DNA of 64,000 nt, taken from the NCBI GenBank assembly GCA_963784355.1, contig CAWAQU010000009.1, positions 92,682-156,681 on the forward strand. The letters are read 5' to 3'. Origin of the DNA: an uncultured bacterium. GTDB taxonomy: Bacteria; Patescibacteriota; JACMRA01. The translations under genes and the position numbers were made by a program. The stretch's first letter is position 1, and each line of letters opens with the position of its first letter. Positions 44,179-54,384 of this stretch are shown here, piece after piece. Below the pieces are notes generated by a model. It saw nothing but the letters and a program-made list of their open reading frames with translations, searched no databases and was not told the origin of the DNA.

Positions 44179-45060
44179 ATGGAATTCTTTGCAATCATTA
44201 TAGCAATCATCATAGTTTTAGTACTTTTTTCATCTATCAAAATCGTAAAACAACAAACCGCTTACACCGTAGAAACCTTAGGTAAATTCTCTAGAGTCAT
44301 TTTTCCGGGTTTAAATCTTGTGATTCCATTTATTGAAACTACAGCTCGAAAAGTGAATTTGGCTACTTTAACTTTGGACTTTTCTATTTTAGCTATTACT
44401 GCGGACAAAGTAAATATCAGTATTGATACTACCCTGGTCTATAAAGTAATTCAAGAAAAAGTTTATGAAGCAGCCTATTCAATTGATAATCCGGTAAGTA
44501 CGATCAAAGCTTTGGTAGAAAATGCTATTAGAGCCTTCGTAGCAACCCAAACCCACGAAGAAGTAATCAGAAGTAGAGATGAAATGACTGATTATTTGAC
44601 TCATCATCTTAAATCCAGACTATCTGACTTCGGGTTCAATATGGACTCATTCCAATTTAGAGACATTACTTTGCCAAAAGAAATTACTGAGGCTATGAGC
44701 AGGGTAGTGGCTTCTAAAAGATTACAGGAAGCAGCTCAAAATGAAGCAGAAGCAGAGTATATTAGAGCCGTAAAAACTGCAGAAGGCCAGAAACAAACTA
44801 GATTATTGCAAGGGCAGGGGTTGGCTCTTGAGAGAAAAGCTATCATTGACGGTTTGTCTGAATCAATTAAAGAACTTCAATCTTCTACTGGAGTTACCAG
44901 CCAATCTGTAATGAACTTGGTCATGTTAAACCAATATATTGATATGCTTAGATCAGTTTCCAATGATAAAAGTGGTAATACAAAAACAGTATTTGTAAAC
45001 CCTACTCCTCAGGGAATGCAAAGTATAATGCAGGAAACTAGTGAGCTTTTAAATAAGTAG
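44179..45060 (+). CDS. SPFH/band 7 domain protein
   Basis: N-terminal TM, VETLGKF...PGL..VIPFIE, coiled coil AEAE...AEG. Confidence 0.9.
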   Translation: MEFFAIIIAIIIVLVLFSSIKIVKQQTAYTVETLGKFSRVIFPGLNLVIPFIETTARKVNLATLTLDFSILAITADKVNISIDTTLVYKVIQEKVYEAAYSIDNPVSTIKALVENAIRAFVATQTHEEVIRSRDEMTDYLTHHLKSRLSDFGFNMDSFQFRDITLPKEITEAMSRVVASKRLQEAAQNEAEAEYIRAVKTAEGQKQTRLLQGQGLALERKAIIDGLSESIKELQSSTGVTSQSVMNLVMLNQYIDMLRSVSNDKSGNTKTVFVNPTPQGMQSIMQETSELLNK

Positions 45061-45094
45061 TAAACCAGTTAGAAATCGTCTCATCGTCTCAAAA

Positions 45095-45910
45095 CTAGTT
45101 CAACCACTCTAGTTTATTTTGCTGTTGCTTTAGCTCTATTTTTCTGCTGCTTAAGTCTTGTTTTTTCTCTTCAATAATTTCAGGATCAGCGTTGTCCAAA
45201 AATTTCTGGTTGCTCAGTTGAGCCTCAAGTTGGGAAATTTGCTTCTCAAGATCGGTGATTAGTTTATTAGTTCTCTGTATTTCAGCTTGCTTGTCTTTAA
45301 TATAAGACAAAATGTCCAGGTTATATTGGTAATTTTGAGTTTTGACGGCAAATAAATCAGGTTTTTGCTCGTTTACTAGCTCAGCTTTGCATAATAATCT
45401 GACAAAATTAGTGTATTTAAGTAAAATACTGTCTTGGGTGTAGACCTCGATTAAATTACCCGGGTCAATTGCAAATAAGCCCCTCAATGATCTAAAATTT
45501 TCTACAAAATCCACTACATTTTCAAACTCATTACTTTGATTTTCTTGATTCAATTTAGCTAATAGGTTTTTGGCCCAATTACTATCTTTAGCTTCAAAAG
45601 CCAGAATTTGTTTTTCTTTAAAAAATTTTTCCCAGAGTGCCTCGGTTTCAAAGGGCATATATGGGGAAAGAGTAATAATATATTGCCTAAAAAGCTGTTT
45701 TGCAAATCCTAGCTGACTCTCGTCGGTTTTTAAATACTCAACATACCAGTCAGCAAAATAATCCCACAAAAATTTGTACAAAGCGTCTACCGAATGAGCT
45801 AATTCATAATCTTCTAGCCTCTCATCTAAAACTTTCTCCAAATTTACATATTTTTCTAATATCCAAATAGAAGCCGGTGACAACTGCTCAACATCAAAAG
45901 AGTCTGACAT
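45095..45910 (-). CDS. Valyl-tRNA synthetase C-terminal module only (anticodon-binding bundle + coiled-coil arm)
   Basis: WIL...LYKFLWDYFADWYVEYLK, LSPYMPFETEALW, LSNQKFLDNADPEIIEEKK; no HIGH or KMSKS motif. Confidence 0.85.
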   Translation of the reverse strand: MSDSFDVEQLSPASIWILEKYVNLEKVLDERLEDYELAHSVDALYKFLWDYFADWYVEYLKTDESQLGFAKQLFRQYIITLSPYMPFETEALWEKFFKEKQILAFEAKDSNWAKNLLAKLNQENQSNEFENVVDFVENFRSLRGLFAIDPGNLIEVYTQDSILLKYTNFVRLLCKAELVNEQKPDLFAVKTQNYQYNLDILSYIKDKQAEIQRTNKLITDLEKQISQLEAQLSNQKFLDNADPEIIEEKKQDLSSRKIELKQQQNKLEWLN

Positions 45911-45972
45911 ATATAATTTTTATTCAAGCAGTATATACAAAAAAGGTCAACTTGAATTAATTTTTGAGTGAC

Positions 45973-47214
45973 TTAATCTGTCTGAAGTTTCAAGTAAAAA
46001 TTGGAAATGGTTGTTAAAGCGAGTAACTTAACTTTTCTGCCTGTGTTTTGGATAACAATAAAAGCTATATTAGCTAGTCCCAGGTACAGTAAATTTTGAT
46101 TAAAAGAAGGAGAGGGGATACTGGAAATTTTTGCAATTGAGGGAATCATTGCTTCTGCAGTTTGTGATTTAGGCAAAGTATAAACGTTTCTCTGAGCATA
46201 ATTAATTTGCGGAGGTGTAACTAACTGAATATTTTCTACAGTGGGGGTTTGGACTATCTCTATTTTTGGTGTTTGTACAGCAATAACCACGGGGGTAGGA
46301 ACTTTTTTAACCACTGACCTATTAATTGGTTTTTGTTTAACTGGAACGGCAATTTTATTTACAAATTCCTTTTTTTGTGATATAAAATTAGGATTAGGCT
46401 TGGCCTGAGCGGGTATACTTTCTGTTGAAGCAATTTCTGTTGCACCGGATATGTTGTTTTGTATGGTGGGATTAGATGTAATTACGGGAGCGGTGACTGT
46501 ATTTGTTTCTGAAATAGGGGATGTGACTGGTTGTTGAGTGAACGCTGATCCTGTACCTGGTGTTCCGTAATTATTGGGGTAATAGCTACTGGTTGTACTA
46601 AGCTTTGCTGCTCCATTTTTAGATTCAAAGTAAATAGAATGTTTTGCATCCTGACTTTTACTTGCTTCTAATTGCTGAATTTCTGTGTTAACAAGACTCT
46701 TTTGATCTATTATTACACCGACAGTGTTTTTTAAACCGACACCTATATACTTATCTCCGGAAGTATTTCCACTTATATAATAAAGAGAACTAAGCTTGGC
46801 ATAATTAGTATTTGAAAGTTCCAGAGTGCTTGTAATTCGACTGTCGGAATTTACTAAGATTTTATAGCTTTTGGGCTGTATTGAAATATTAGGTATTACT
46901 CTATTGAGATTGGTAGAACCAAGGTCTCTTCCCATAGAAATGGTCCACTGATTCAAATTTACTGCTTCTGAACTTGGATTATAGATTTCAATCCACTTAT
47001 CATTGGCACAGGTGGCTCCTCTACCTACAGCATTACAATCCATACTCCCCGCATAATTTATCTCACTTATATAAATACTGTCCTCCGCATTTGCTCTAAC
47101 ATCTATATTTATCAAATTAGGCAAACTAAAAGCAATTAAAATAAACAAAAATTTTGCAACAAATTTCATAATAAAAGATACATATGAAAATGGCTGCTTT
47201 CTGTCAAGAAACAT
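45973..47214 (-). CDS. Secreted lamin-tail-domain protein with a P/T-rich stalk
   Basis: Signal peptide; IYISEINYAG...KWIEIYNP...VNLNQWTI; GTPG. Confidence 0.75.
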   Translation of the reverse strand: MFLDRKQPFSYVSFIMKFVAKFLFILIAFSLPNLINIDVRANAEDSIYISEINYAGSMDCNAVGRGATCANDKWIEIYNPSSEAVNLNQWTISMGRDLGSTNLNRVIPNISIQPKSYKILVNSDSRITSTLELSNTNYAKLSSLYYISGNTSGDKYIGVGLKNTVGVIIDQKSLVNTEIQQLEASKSQDAKHSIYFESKNGAAKLSTTSSYYPNNYGTPGTGSAFTQQPVTSPISETNTVTAPVITSNPTIQNNISGATEIASTESIPAQAKPNPNFISQKKEFVNKIAVPVKQKPINRSVVKKVPTPVVIAVQTPKIEIVQTPTVENIQLVTPPQINYAQRNVYTLPKSQTAEAMIPSIAKISSIPSPSFNQNLLYLGLANIAFIVIQNTGRKVKLLALTTISNFYLKLQTD

Positions 47215-47309
47215 AAAAGTAGCAAAAGTGCTGATTAGCTTGAATTATATACACTTCTGGATTTTAAAAGAGCTGAATTTATGAGAATTGGACAAAAATT
47301 TACCTTAAA

Positions 47310-47338
47310 TTGACAAATTTCAGTTCAGACTGTAAATT
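47310..47338 (+). promoter_or_regulatory. Sigma70-type promoter
   Basis: TTGACA-N17-TAAATT, 14 nt before ATG 47353. Confidence 0.6.
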
Positions 47339-47352
47339 AAACCAAATATATT

Positions 47353-48150
47353 ATGCCTACATTATTAAAAAACAAACGATTTCTACTCATCGGATTCTCT
47401 TCTGTACTAGTAGTTTTATTACTGCTTTGGCTTGGTGTTGCCGCATATATTGTAAATCAAGCCCCAAAACTCACCTTTGATACAGCAAAAAGTAAAAACA
47501 TTGACTATGGGGTGGATTATACTACAGTCTTTAGAAACAACAGTAAGGGTGAAAAAATAGAAATTATTACCGTCCCTCAAAAACCTAACGTCTCAAATCA
47601 AAAAATTGTATTGTACTTGCATGGAAATGTGGGAAGATTGCCCTATATCATGAAAGATGCTACTGATTATGGGATAGTAGTATCACCTGCGTACCCTGGC
47701 TATTCCGGATCAGAGGGTATTCCAACTTCTGAAAATGTTTATGAAACTTTGGATATTACCATGAAATATTTATTTGATTTAGGTTTTTACGAAGACCAAA
47801 TTACAGTTTTAGGCCACTCTATGGGTGCTTCTCCAGCTGTATACGCGGCTCAAAAATATCCAAAGCTAAACAAAGTCATTGCAGTCAACACTTTTTACAG
47901 TATGCAGAAAATGTGTGAAACTAAATACTCTATATTTTGTGTCCTCGGGGGAAACTTCCTAAATACTGCAAAAATTGCTCCGGAAGCTAAGGCTAGAATT
48001 AACTTTTTTTGTAACCCAAATGATAATTATGTTCCTACCAAACAATGTAGAGACTTGTACGAAAAAATTGGTAGTAAGGACAAAAAACTATTTGATATTT
48101 CCGGCACTCATGAGACATTTCCTGTAGAGGAGGCTTTTAGAAATCAGTAG
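47353..48150 (+). CDS. Membrane-anchored alpha/beta hydrolase (ABHD12/13-like)
   Basis: YLHGN, YPGYSGSEG, GHSMG, D...H triad. Confidence 0.85.
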   Translation: MPTLLKNKRFLLIGFSSVLVVLLLLWLGVAAYIVNQAPKLTFDTAKSKNIDYGVDYTTVFRNNSKGEKIEIITVPQKPNVSNQKIVLYLHGNVGRLPYIMKDATDYGIVVSPAYPGYSGSEGIPTSENVYETLDITMKYLFDLGFYEDQITVLGHSMGASPAVYAAQKYPKLNKVIAVNTFYSMQKMCETKYSIFCVLGGNFLNTAKIAPEAKARINFFCNPNDNYVPTKQCRDLYEKIGSKDKKLFDISGTHETFPVEEAFRNQ

Positions 48151-48181
48151 AATTGACTATTTTTTAAAAAAAGCTTTCCGT

Positions 48182-49036
48182 TTGGTGGTGATTTACAACA
48201 ATTTACATCTAAAAGAGAGATTTAAAGCTTACTTACAAAATTCTGTAAAAAACCTCGAGAAAGAGCTGGTGTTGGAAATTATTCATGCAAATAACGATTT
48301 AGCATCTTCAAAGTATATTCAAATTAAGCAAAAAATTGGTGAATCTCTAGGGATACAAGTGAATTTACATAAATACGAGACTGTTGATAAAGAGTTGATA
48401 ATTAATCATCTTAAAAATGTAGAAAAAAATAAGTTTGGTTTGATCTTTCAATTGCCTGTACCCGTAGAAATTGATTACTTGGTGTCTAAAACACCTTTAA
48501 TTTCAGATGTAGACTTGCTTTCAGAAAATAGTAGTATACTTTGGGATGGTTTGTTTTTACCTCCTACTATCGGGGCTATAGACCTAGTTTTGAAAGACAT
48601 TTTTGAGTCAGGGATTGAATTTCCTGCAATTCTAGATCAAAAACTTGATTTATCAAGTAAAATTGTGTGTGTAGTTGGGCAAGGCAGGCTAGTCGGTGGG
48701 CCTTTATTGCGTTATTTAAAAGATAGAAATGCAACTATAATTTCCATAAATAAACTTACTGAGTCTCCAAATATTTTGTGTAAACAAGCGGACATTGTAA
48801 TTTCGGCTGCCGGTAGTCCTGACTTGATAGATTCAAACTGGATAAAGCCCGGCTCGATAATAATTGATTCTTCCACTAGTGAAGAAGGCGGTAAATTGGT
48901 TGGAGATGTGAAGAAAGATGGTATTCCGGAGCCTGTAACTATATCTCCCAGCCCGGGTGGTATCGGTAATATTACGGTTTTATACCTATTTTATAACTTA
49001 TATAAATTGCAAAAATTAGAAAAATCTTATGTTTAA
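48182..49036 (+). CDS. folD: Divergent methylenetetrahydrofolate dehydrogenase/cyclohydrolase
   Basis: ASSKYIQIK, QLPVP, DVD, VGQGRLVGGPL, ADIVISAAG, LVGDV, PGGIG. Confidence 0.8.
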   Translation: MVVIYNNLHLKERFKAYLQNSVKNLEKELVLEIIHANNDLASSKYIQIKQKIGESLGIQVNLHKYETVDKELIINHLKNVEKNKFGLIFQLPVPVEIDYLVSKTPLISDVDLLSENSSILWDGLFLPPTIGAIDLVLKDIFESGIEFPAILDQKLDLSSKIVCVVGQGRLVGGPLLRYLKDRNATIISINKLTESPNILCKQADIVISAAGSPDLIDSNWIKPGSIIIDSSTSEEGGKLVGDVKKDGIPEPVTISPSPGGIGNITVLYLFYNLYKLQKLEKSYV

Positions 49037-50201
49037 AAAACTTTTAAGTACCTTTATCGTTATTGTTTCGATTGGATTATGTTTACCTATTGGAATTTTA
49101 GCGCAAAATGCAGGTCAAGAACAAAATGTTGATCCAAATGAATACTATAAAGCTGAGGTTGTAAAGGTTTTGACTGAGGATAAATCTGAAAATCACTATG
49201 ATGCCTTGGTTAGAGTAAAATTATTAGAGGGCCCTAATAAAAATGAGGAAATTAATATAAAATTTCAAAAACTAGCAGGTATATCTGAAGCCGAAAAACT
49301 TTCCAAGGGAGAGAAAATAATTGTGATAAAGACTGAAAGCAGTGAAGGTGCAGAATATTTCCTGGTTGATAGGTATAGAATGGATGCTGTGATTATACTA
49401 CTAATTGTAGTAGTACTTGTAGCAATTTTGATTGCTAGATTTAAAGCAGTAAATGCGATCATAGGTTTAGGCTTGAGTATTTTGATTCTAGTAAAGTATG
49501 CGATTCCGGCTCTTACTTCTGGTCAAAATCCGATAGTAGTGGGTATACTGGGCTCAGGACTTATCATAGTTACTTCTATGTTTTTGGCTCATGGGTTTAA
49601 TCGCAGAACCTCAGTTTCTGTCCTGGCAACCTTTATTACTATTACCATTAGCATTATAATTTCAATCCTGACAGTCAATTTTACTAAATTGTTCGGCTTG
49701 GGTACTGAAGATGCTTACTTTCTACAAAACAGCCAGTTCGGACAAATTGATGTAAGAGGTTTATTGTTGGCCGGAATAATTGTAGGTACCTTGGGAATTT
49801 TAGATGACATTACTGTGGCACAAGTAGCAATTGTAGAAGAAATTAATGATGTAGATAAAAGTATTCCATTTTGGGATTTATTTAAAAGAGGGTTGAATGT
49901 TGGTAAAGAGCATATCGCTTCACTAGTTAATACACTGGCTTTGGCATATGTAGGGGCCTCTTTTCCTTTACTTTTGAGCTTTAGTATCTCGCAAGGACAA
50001 CCATTGTGGGTAATCGCTAATAGTGAGATGATTATTGAGGAAGTAGCTCGTACCTTACTCGGAAGTTTAGCTTTGATTTTGGCGGTACCGATTGCCACCT
50101 TTTTAGGAGTATATTTTATAAAATATCCTGTTAGCTGGTTACAAAAATTACCTGAAAGTAAAGAACATGGCCACTCTCATGGACATACTCATATTCATTA
50201 A
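49029..50201 (+). CDS. YibE/F family membrane protein with a His-rich tail
   Basis: GTLGILDDITVAQ, VGKEHIASLVNTLALAYVG, C-terminal HGHSHGHTHIH. Confidence 0.88.
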   Translation: MFKKLLSTFIVIVSIGLCLPIGILAQNAGQEQNVDPNEYYKAEVVKVLTEDKSENHYDALVRVKLLEGPNKNEEINIKFQKLAGISEAEKLSKGEKIIVIKTESSEGAEYFLVDRYRMDAVIILLIVVVLVAILIARFKAVNAIIGLGLSILILVKYAIPALTSGQNPIVVGILGSGLIIVTSMFLAHGFNRRTSVSVLATFITITISIIISILTVNFTKLFGLGTEDAYFLQNSQFGQIDVRGLLLAGIIVGTLGILDDITVAQVAIVEEINDVDKSIPFWDLFKRGLNVGKEHIASLVNTLALAYVGASFPLLLSFSISQGQPLWVIANSEMIIEEVARTLLGSLALILAVPIATFLGVYFIKYPVSWLQKLPESKEHGHSHGHTHIH

Positions 50202-51070
50202 CCTCCGCAGGTACTTGGGCTAAGTGGTTCAAGATGATTAAATCTATCTTTTATTTGAGTTTCAGTGGGCTCATCTTTTTGAATAAAAATCACTACGTTA
50301 CCAATTAGGTTATTTATTTCTTTCAATTCCTCTTCTGTTGGTTGAGTCGTATCTGCGCTGGTGTTAGTTATATTTGTGGAATCACTACTAGCTGGAACAC
50401 TAGGCTTTAAACTATCAGCATGTGCGTGTGGTTCACCTCCATGTGCAAATGCAGGCAAACTTAAAAAACTTTGATTCAGCTGGCTTTTTTGTCCGAAGAA
50501 AGTTTCTAGGTTTTGATTTAATAAATCTGATTCCGTTCTTTTTTGATAGTTATCTGTGTCTCCAGTATAAACGTATATTATATCATTTTTTTCAGGTTTA
50601 GGCAAGAGATTACCATGAGTTTTTACAGCCTTAATCTGTGGCGGAAGTTGGGAAAAGCTGTCTAATCTAAATCCTAAAATATCATCAATACCACCAATTT
50701 TGTTTAAACCATAATACTTTAAAACCTGTCCACCCGTTATATCCTTCCAGTGAATATGGATAATTTGATCTTTTCCATCGTGTAAATGAATCGGATTTTC
50801 TGTAAGTGCACCTGTACACTGCCCTTTTTCGTAAACTTGCTGAAACTTACTATCAGCTAAATTAACGTATTCGCCGTGATAAACAACTTGCATGCGAAAA
50901 TGTAAGTGATCAACTTGGGGATAATTTATACTGTTTGTAGATAATCCTTTTGTTAAAATCAGAAATCCGCTTAATCCTAGTATTAAAATTGCAGATAAAC
51001 TAAATACAAATATTTTAAAACCTCTGAATTTCCACAGAGTACTGATTAGATTTTTGTCTTTTTGATCCAT
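50198..51070 (-). CDS. Membrane-anchored hypothetical protein with HxH motifs
   Basis: HLHF, HLHD, HIHW, HAH; ends CGG. Confidence 0.65.
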   Translation of the reverse strand: MDQKDKNLISTLWKFRGFKIFVFSLSAILILGLSGFLILTKGLSTNSINYPQVDHLHFRMQVVYHGEYVNLADSKFQQVYEKGQCTGALTENPIHLHDGKDQIIHIHWKDITGGQVLKYYGLNKIGGIDDILGFRLDSFSQLPPQIKAVKTHGNLLPKPEKNDIIYVYTGDTDNYQKRTESDLLNQNLETFFGQKSQLNQSFLSLPAFAHGGEPHAHADSLKPSVPASSDSTNITNTSADTTQPTEEELKEINNLIGNVVIFIQKDEPTETQIKDRFNHLEPLSPSTCGG

Positions 51071-51173
51071 GCGAGTATTTAAAACCTATAAAATAAATTT
51101 GTAAAGCTAAAATTAGGCAACAACAATAACCAACCTTGGGAAAAGTAGTTCAAATTTAAATTGAAAATCTGTC

Positions 51174-51428
51174 TTATTTTTTAACTCTAAAATCAGTATC
51201 AATAATTTTATCTACAGTTTTTTTGTCTCCCAACTTACCTAACCAGCCGTTAAATAACTCCGTACCAAGAATTGTGATTAAAGCTAAATCATCGATTTGT
51301 CCCAAAATGGGTATGAAATCAGGAATTAAATCTATAGGGCTAATTATATATAATACTGTACCTATTACTACCAACCATTTATATTTTGGATTTTTTAAAG
51401 CGTCTCTGTATATTTTGTATAAATTCAT
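51174..51428 (-). CDS. YkvA/DUF1232 family membrane protein
   Basis: YIISPIDLIPDFIPILGQIDD. Confidence 0.9.
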   Translation of the reverse strand: MNLYKIYRDALKNPKYKWLVVIGTVLYIISPIDLIPDFIPILGQIDDLALITILGTELFNGWLGKLGDKKTVDKIIDTDFRVKK

Positions 51429-51538
51429 AAATTTTTGTTTTAGCTCTTAATTTAAGGAAAAAAGTATAGTATTTGTCAATGAAATTTTAAAACCCGCTTG
51501 CTGGGCGGGTAGGTTTGTTTTGTTTTTATTAAGCTAAA

Positions 51539-53653
51539 TTAGAATTGTAAAACAATCATTGTATTAATTTTAGTTATTTCAAAACTTGATTTGGTGTTTG
51601 GCTTTGGATCTTGAAAATCTATAGTTTTTGGTGTTATTTCACCGGTAATTTGCAATTTAGCTTTTTCAGACAGATTCTGTCCTGTTAGTGCTTTAACAAA
51701 AATTTCGTTTTTAACAATATAAACTTCTCTAGTTGTGTCATTTTCAATTAATGTATAACCTTGTGTTGCCATTCCTGCTCCCAATAATGCAAAAGAAGCA
51801 TAAATACGGTTTTCAGGTCCATATTTTTTGAGGGTTTCTTCATAGTTAATATAGTTATCCACAAATTCTTTATCTGAATATACATCCTTACAACTTATAG
51901 GCCAGGTTTTGTACAAATATGGATTACACTCGGGTGCGAACATATCTGTTAAGCTTGCTTCGGTAAGTTTATTTACTTGTTTGGTTTTTGAATTATATTC
52001 ATATACTCTGACAAAACCCATTCCTCCCTCGCCTCCAGATTCCAAAATATATTGACCCCTTTCGGATTTTCTACCTAAATAAACGCTATTAAATATACAT
52101 CTACCATTTTCGCCACTCCCTTTGCAATCTCTAAAAGTAGCTAATTTTTGGTTAGTTTGTGAGTCTAAAATATCGCAGACTTCCTTACCATTATCAGTTT
52201 CATTATAACAGCCATTACCAGTTAATTTGATATTTAGGTCTTGTGTGTTTTTAGCAGAATTTGAATCGGAAGAGCCAGAATTTGAAAGTGCTTTGAGATC
52301 GACGCTGAAACCAAAATCTTTATTTTTCGTGGTGTTAGTAATATTTAGGCCGTATACATAATTTTCGTTATCTGCAAAAGTAAGTACTAATCCATTTGGA
52401 TATCCGTTTCTGCTTGATAAAATTTTGCTTGGATTAATATTTTTTCTGAAATTTTCGCTTATGAATGGAATATCAGATACTTTAGCAGGTTTTAAATTTT
52501 TAGTATCAGCACTATTTTCTTTCCAGCTTTCTTCAGTATTTTTATTATAACAATAAAAAGTTATATCATCCCCATCTATAAATGTAGCTTTATCTTTGGC
52601 TATAGGAGTATTGCTCAAAATAATTAAATTGTCTCTGTATGAAGTATTTTCACTATACCGTACATTTGGACTGTATTTGATATCCAGCCTATCAAAACAT
52701 GATTTAATATTAGTAGCTTGCTTAGCCTGTTCAAGAGGCAATTGATCTGAAAATGAGTTTTGGACTATAGAATTAAATTGGAGCTGAATTAAGTTAATAA
52801 GAGTTTTGTCTGTGGTCGTTCCGGATTTTATTGAATAGATCTTATTTTTAAATATAAAGCTGTAGGAAAGAAACTTACCACCGTAAGAATTAGTCTTTGA
52901 ATACTTTGTTATATTTTGGATATCAGCCTGAGTTATAAACCAGCCGGATTCGCTTTGTAAGGTTTCTTTGCTAATTTTTTGCTTTTGAATTGTATCTTTC
53001 TGATCACCGGATTCAACTGTATCCTGAGCTACTTTTTTACCCCAATCAGAATCCGTAGGGACACAATCTATGCTAAGGTTTGTACTAATTTCCTTATTTG
53101 CTGGTTGATAGACATAGTCTGCTGTTATCTCTACGTTAGTAATAGCTATATTGTAACTTCCACCCTGTTCAAGTATATTTTGATAGTATTTTGTCTCTAA
53201 GCCATCTATCTTTTTAGGAAATTTTAAAGCTAAATCGCATTCGTTCAATTTTGTCACATAGTTGTTTTCGTCAGGTTTTAAAGCAGTGTAGGGATCTTTA
53301 TCCTGCTGCTTGTTGGCTGCAAATAAGTTTTTAGCTAATGTAGAAGGTTTTAAATCAGTTGGGGCTAGTGTTTCAGCTGCTGCAGCTCCCACTCCTGTAA
53401 TTAAGATTAATGCAATAAATGCTGTAAGTACTGTATGTTTGGCGGTAAAATAAATAAATTTTAAATAATTGTCTTTTAGGGTCATAAAAATGTTGGGGCT
53501 TTCAAGGCTACTATGTTTTAAATATGCCCTCATTGAATTTCGCCTGTGTTTTAGATAGTGTTTATCTTGCTCAAACCAACTCTGCCAGTCTTCATGTTGT
53601 TCAAATGGATTTTTAGTAGTCATAATTCTTTGTTTTTTATTTAATCGTTCCAT
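51539..53653 (-). CDS. Putative anti-sigma factor with a large extracellular domain
   Basis: Overlaps the ECF sigma gene stop; short cytoplasmic N-terminus, one TM, about 600-aa Cys-containing extracellular part. Confidence 0.55.
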   Translation of the reverse strand: MERLNKKQRIMTTKNPFEQHEDWQSWFEQDKHYLKHRRNSMRAYLKHSSLESPNIFMTLKDNYLKFIYFTAKHTVLTAFIALILITGVGAAAAETLAPTDLKPSTLAKNLFAANKQQDKDPYTALKPDENNYVTKLNECDLALKFPKKIDGLETKYYQNILEQGGSYNIAITNVEITADYVYQPANKEISTNLSIDCVPTDSDWGKKVAQDTVESGDQKDTIQKQKISKETLQSESGWFITQADIQNITKYSKTNSYGGKFLSYSFIFKNKIYSIKSGTTTDKTLINLIQLQFNSIVQNSFSDQLPLEQAKQATNIKSCFDRLDIKYSPNVRYSENTSYRDNLIILSNTPIAKDKATFIDGDDITFYCYNKNTEESWKENSADTKNLKPAKVSDIPFISENFRKNINPSKILSSRNGYPNGLVLTFADNENYVYGLNITNTTKNKDFGFSVDLKALSNSGSSDSNSAKNTQDLNIKLTGNGCYNETDNGKEVCDILDSQTNQKLATFRDCKGSGENGRCIFNSVYLGRKSERGQYILESGGEGGMGFVRVYEYNSKTKQVNKLTEASLTDMFAPECNPYLYKTWPISCKDVYSDKEFVDNYINYEETLKKYGPENRIYASFALLGAGMATQGYTLIENDTTREVYIVKNEIFVKALTGQNLSEKAKLQITGEITPKTIDFQDPKPNTKSSFEITKINTMIVLQF

Positions 53654-54156
53654 AATTGTTTACATTTTTCCCTAAGCTTTTTTAGATTTCTGCTTAGTTT
53701 CTGTCTCACATTATCCGGCTTCAAATTTAATTCTTTGGCTACATCAACTGCTTTTTTATCTTGCATAATGACATTTTCAACAATTAAATAATCCTGTCCG
53801 GTCAAATGATTTTTAACACAATTCATTAAGTGTTGCAGTCTCTCCTCCAAATGTTCACTGCGATAATTTTCTACTTTTTCCTCCTCCAAATCAAAATTCT
53901 CATCTAAATTAGTATAGATCGGTTGTTTGGATTTTGTAGTAATAAATTTTAGCATTTGATTATGGGCAATTTTCCAAAGATATCCGTGAGGACTTTGAAT
54001 TTGGTTTTGATTGTCTGATAATTTATCTATAAACACAGTAAGTGTAACGCTGGTTAAATCTTCTACATCCAAGCGATTGCTCAGTCTGCGGTAAAAATAT
54101 CCATATACTTTGGGGTGATACTCCAGCCAAAGCTGCTCTATTTCAAATGGGGTCAT
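53641..54156 (-). CDS. ECF-type RNA polymerase sigma factor
   Basis: Region 2 VYGYFYRR...VEDL...YLWKIAHN; region 4 VAKELNLKPDNVRQKLSR. Confidence 0.9.
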   Translation of the reverse strand: MTPFEIEQLWLEYHPKVYGYFYRRLSNRLDVEDLTSVTLTVFIDKLSDNQNQIQSPHGYLWKIAHNQMLKFITTKSKQPIYTNLDENFDLEEEKVENYRSEHLEERLQHLMNCVKNHLTGQDYLIVENVIMQDKKAVDVAKELNLKPDNVRQKLSRNLKKLREKCKQLWND

Positions 54157-54384
54157 GGAACTTGCTCAAATTCTACTTGTATAGTACCGATTTTTTGCAA
54201 AACGTGACAGGCTGCATTACCTAGTAATGACAAACTGAGCTTTATGGCGGGCTTTACAGTTTAAAAATATTTTCAAAGAAATTAAAACAAGCTTATTAGA
54301 ATAACACTTGAGTCTGTGTCAAGCTTCTGTGTGATTGTTGACAAGATGAAAGCAGTGTATAATTATCCGGTTGAGATTTAGCCT

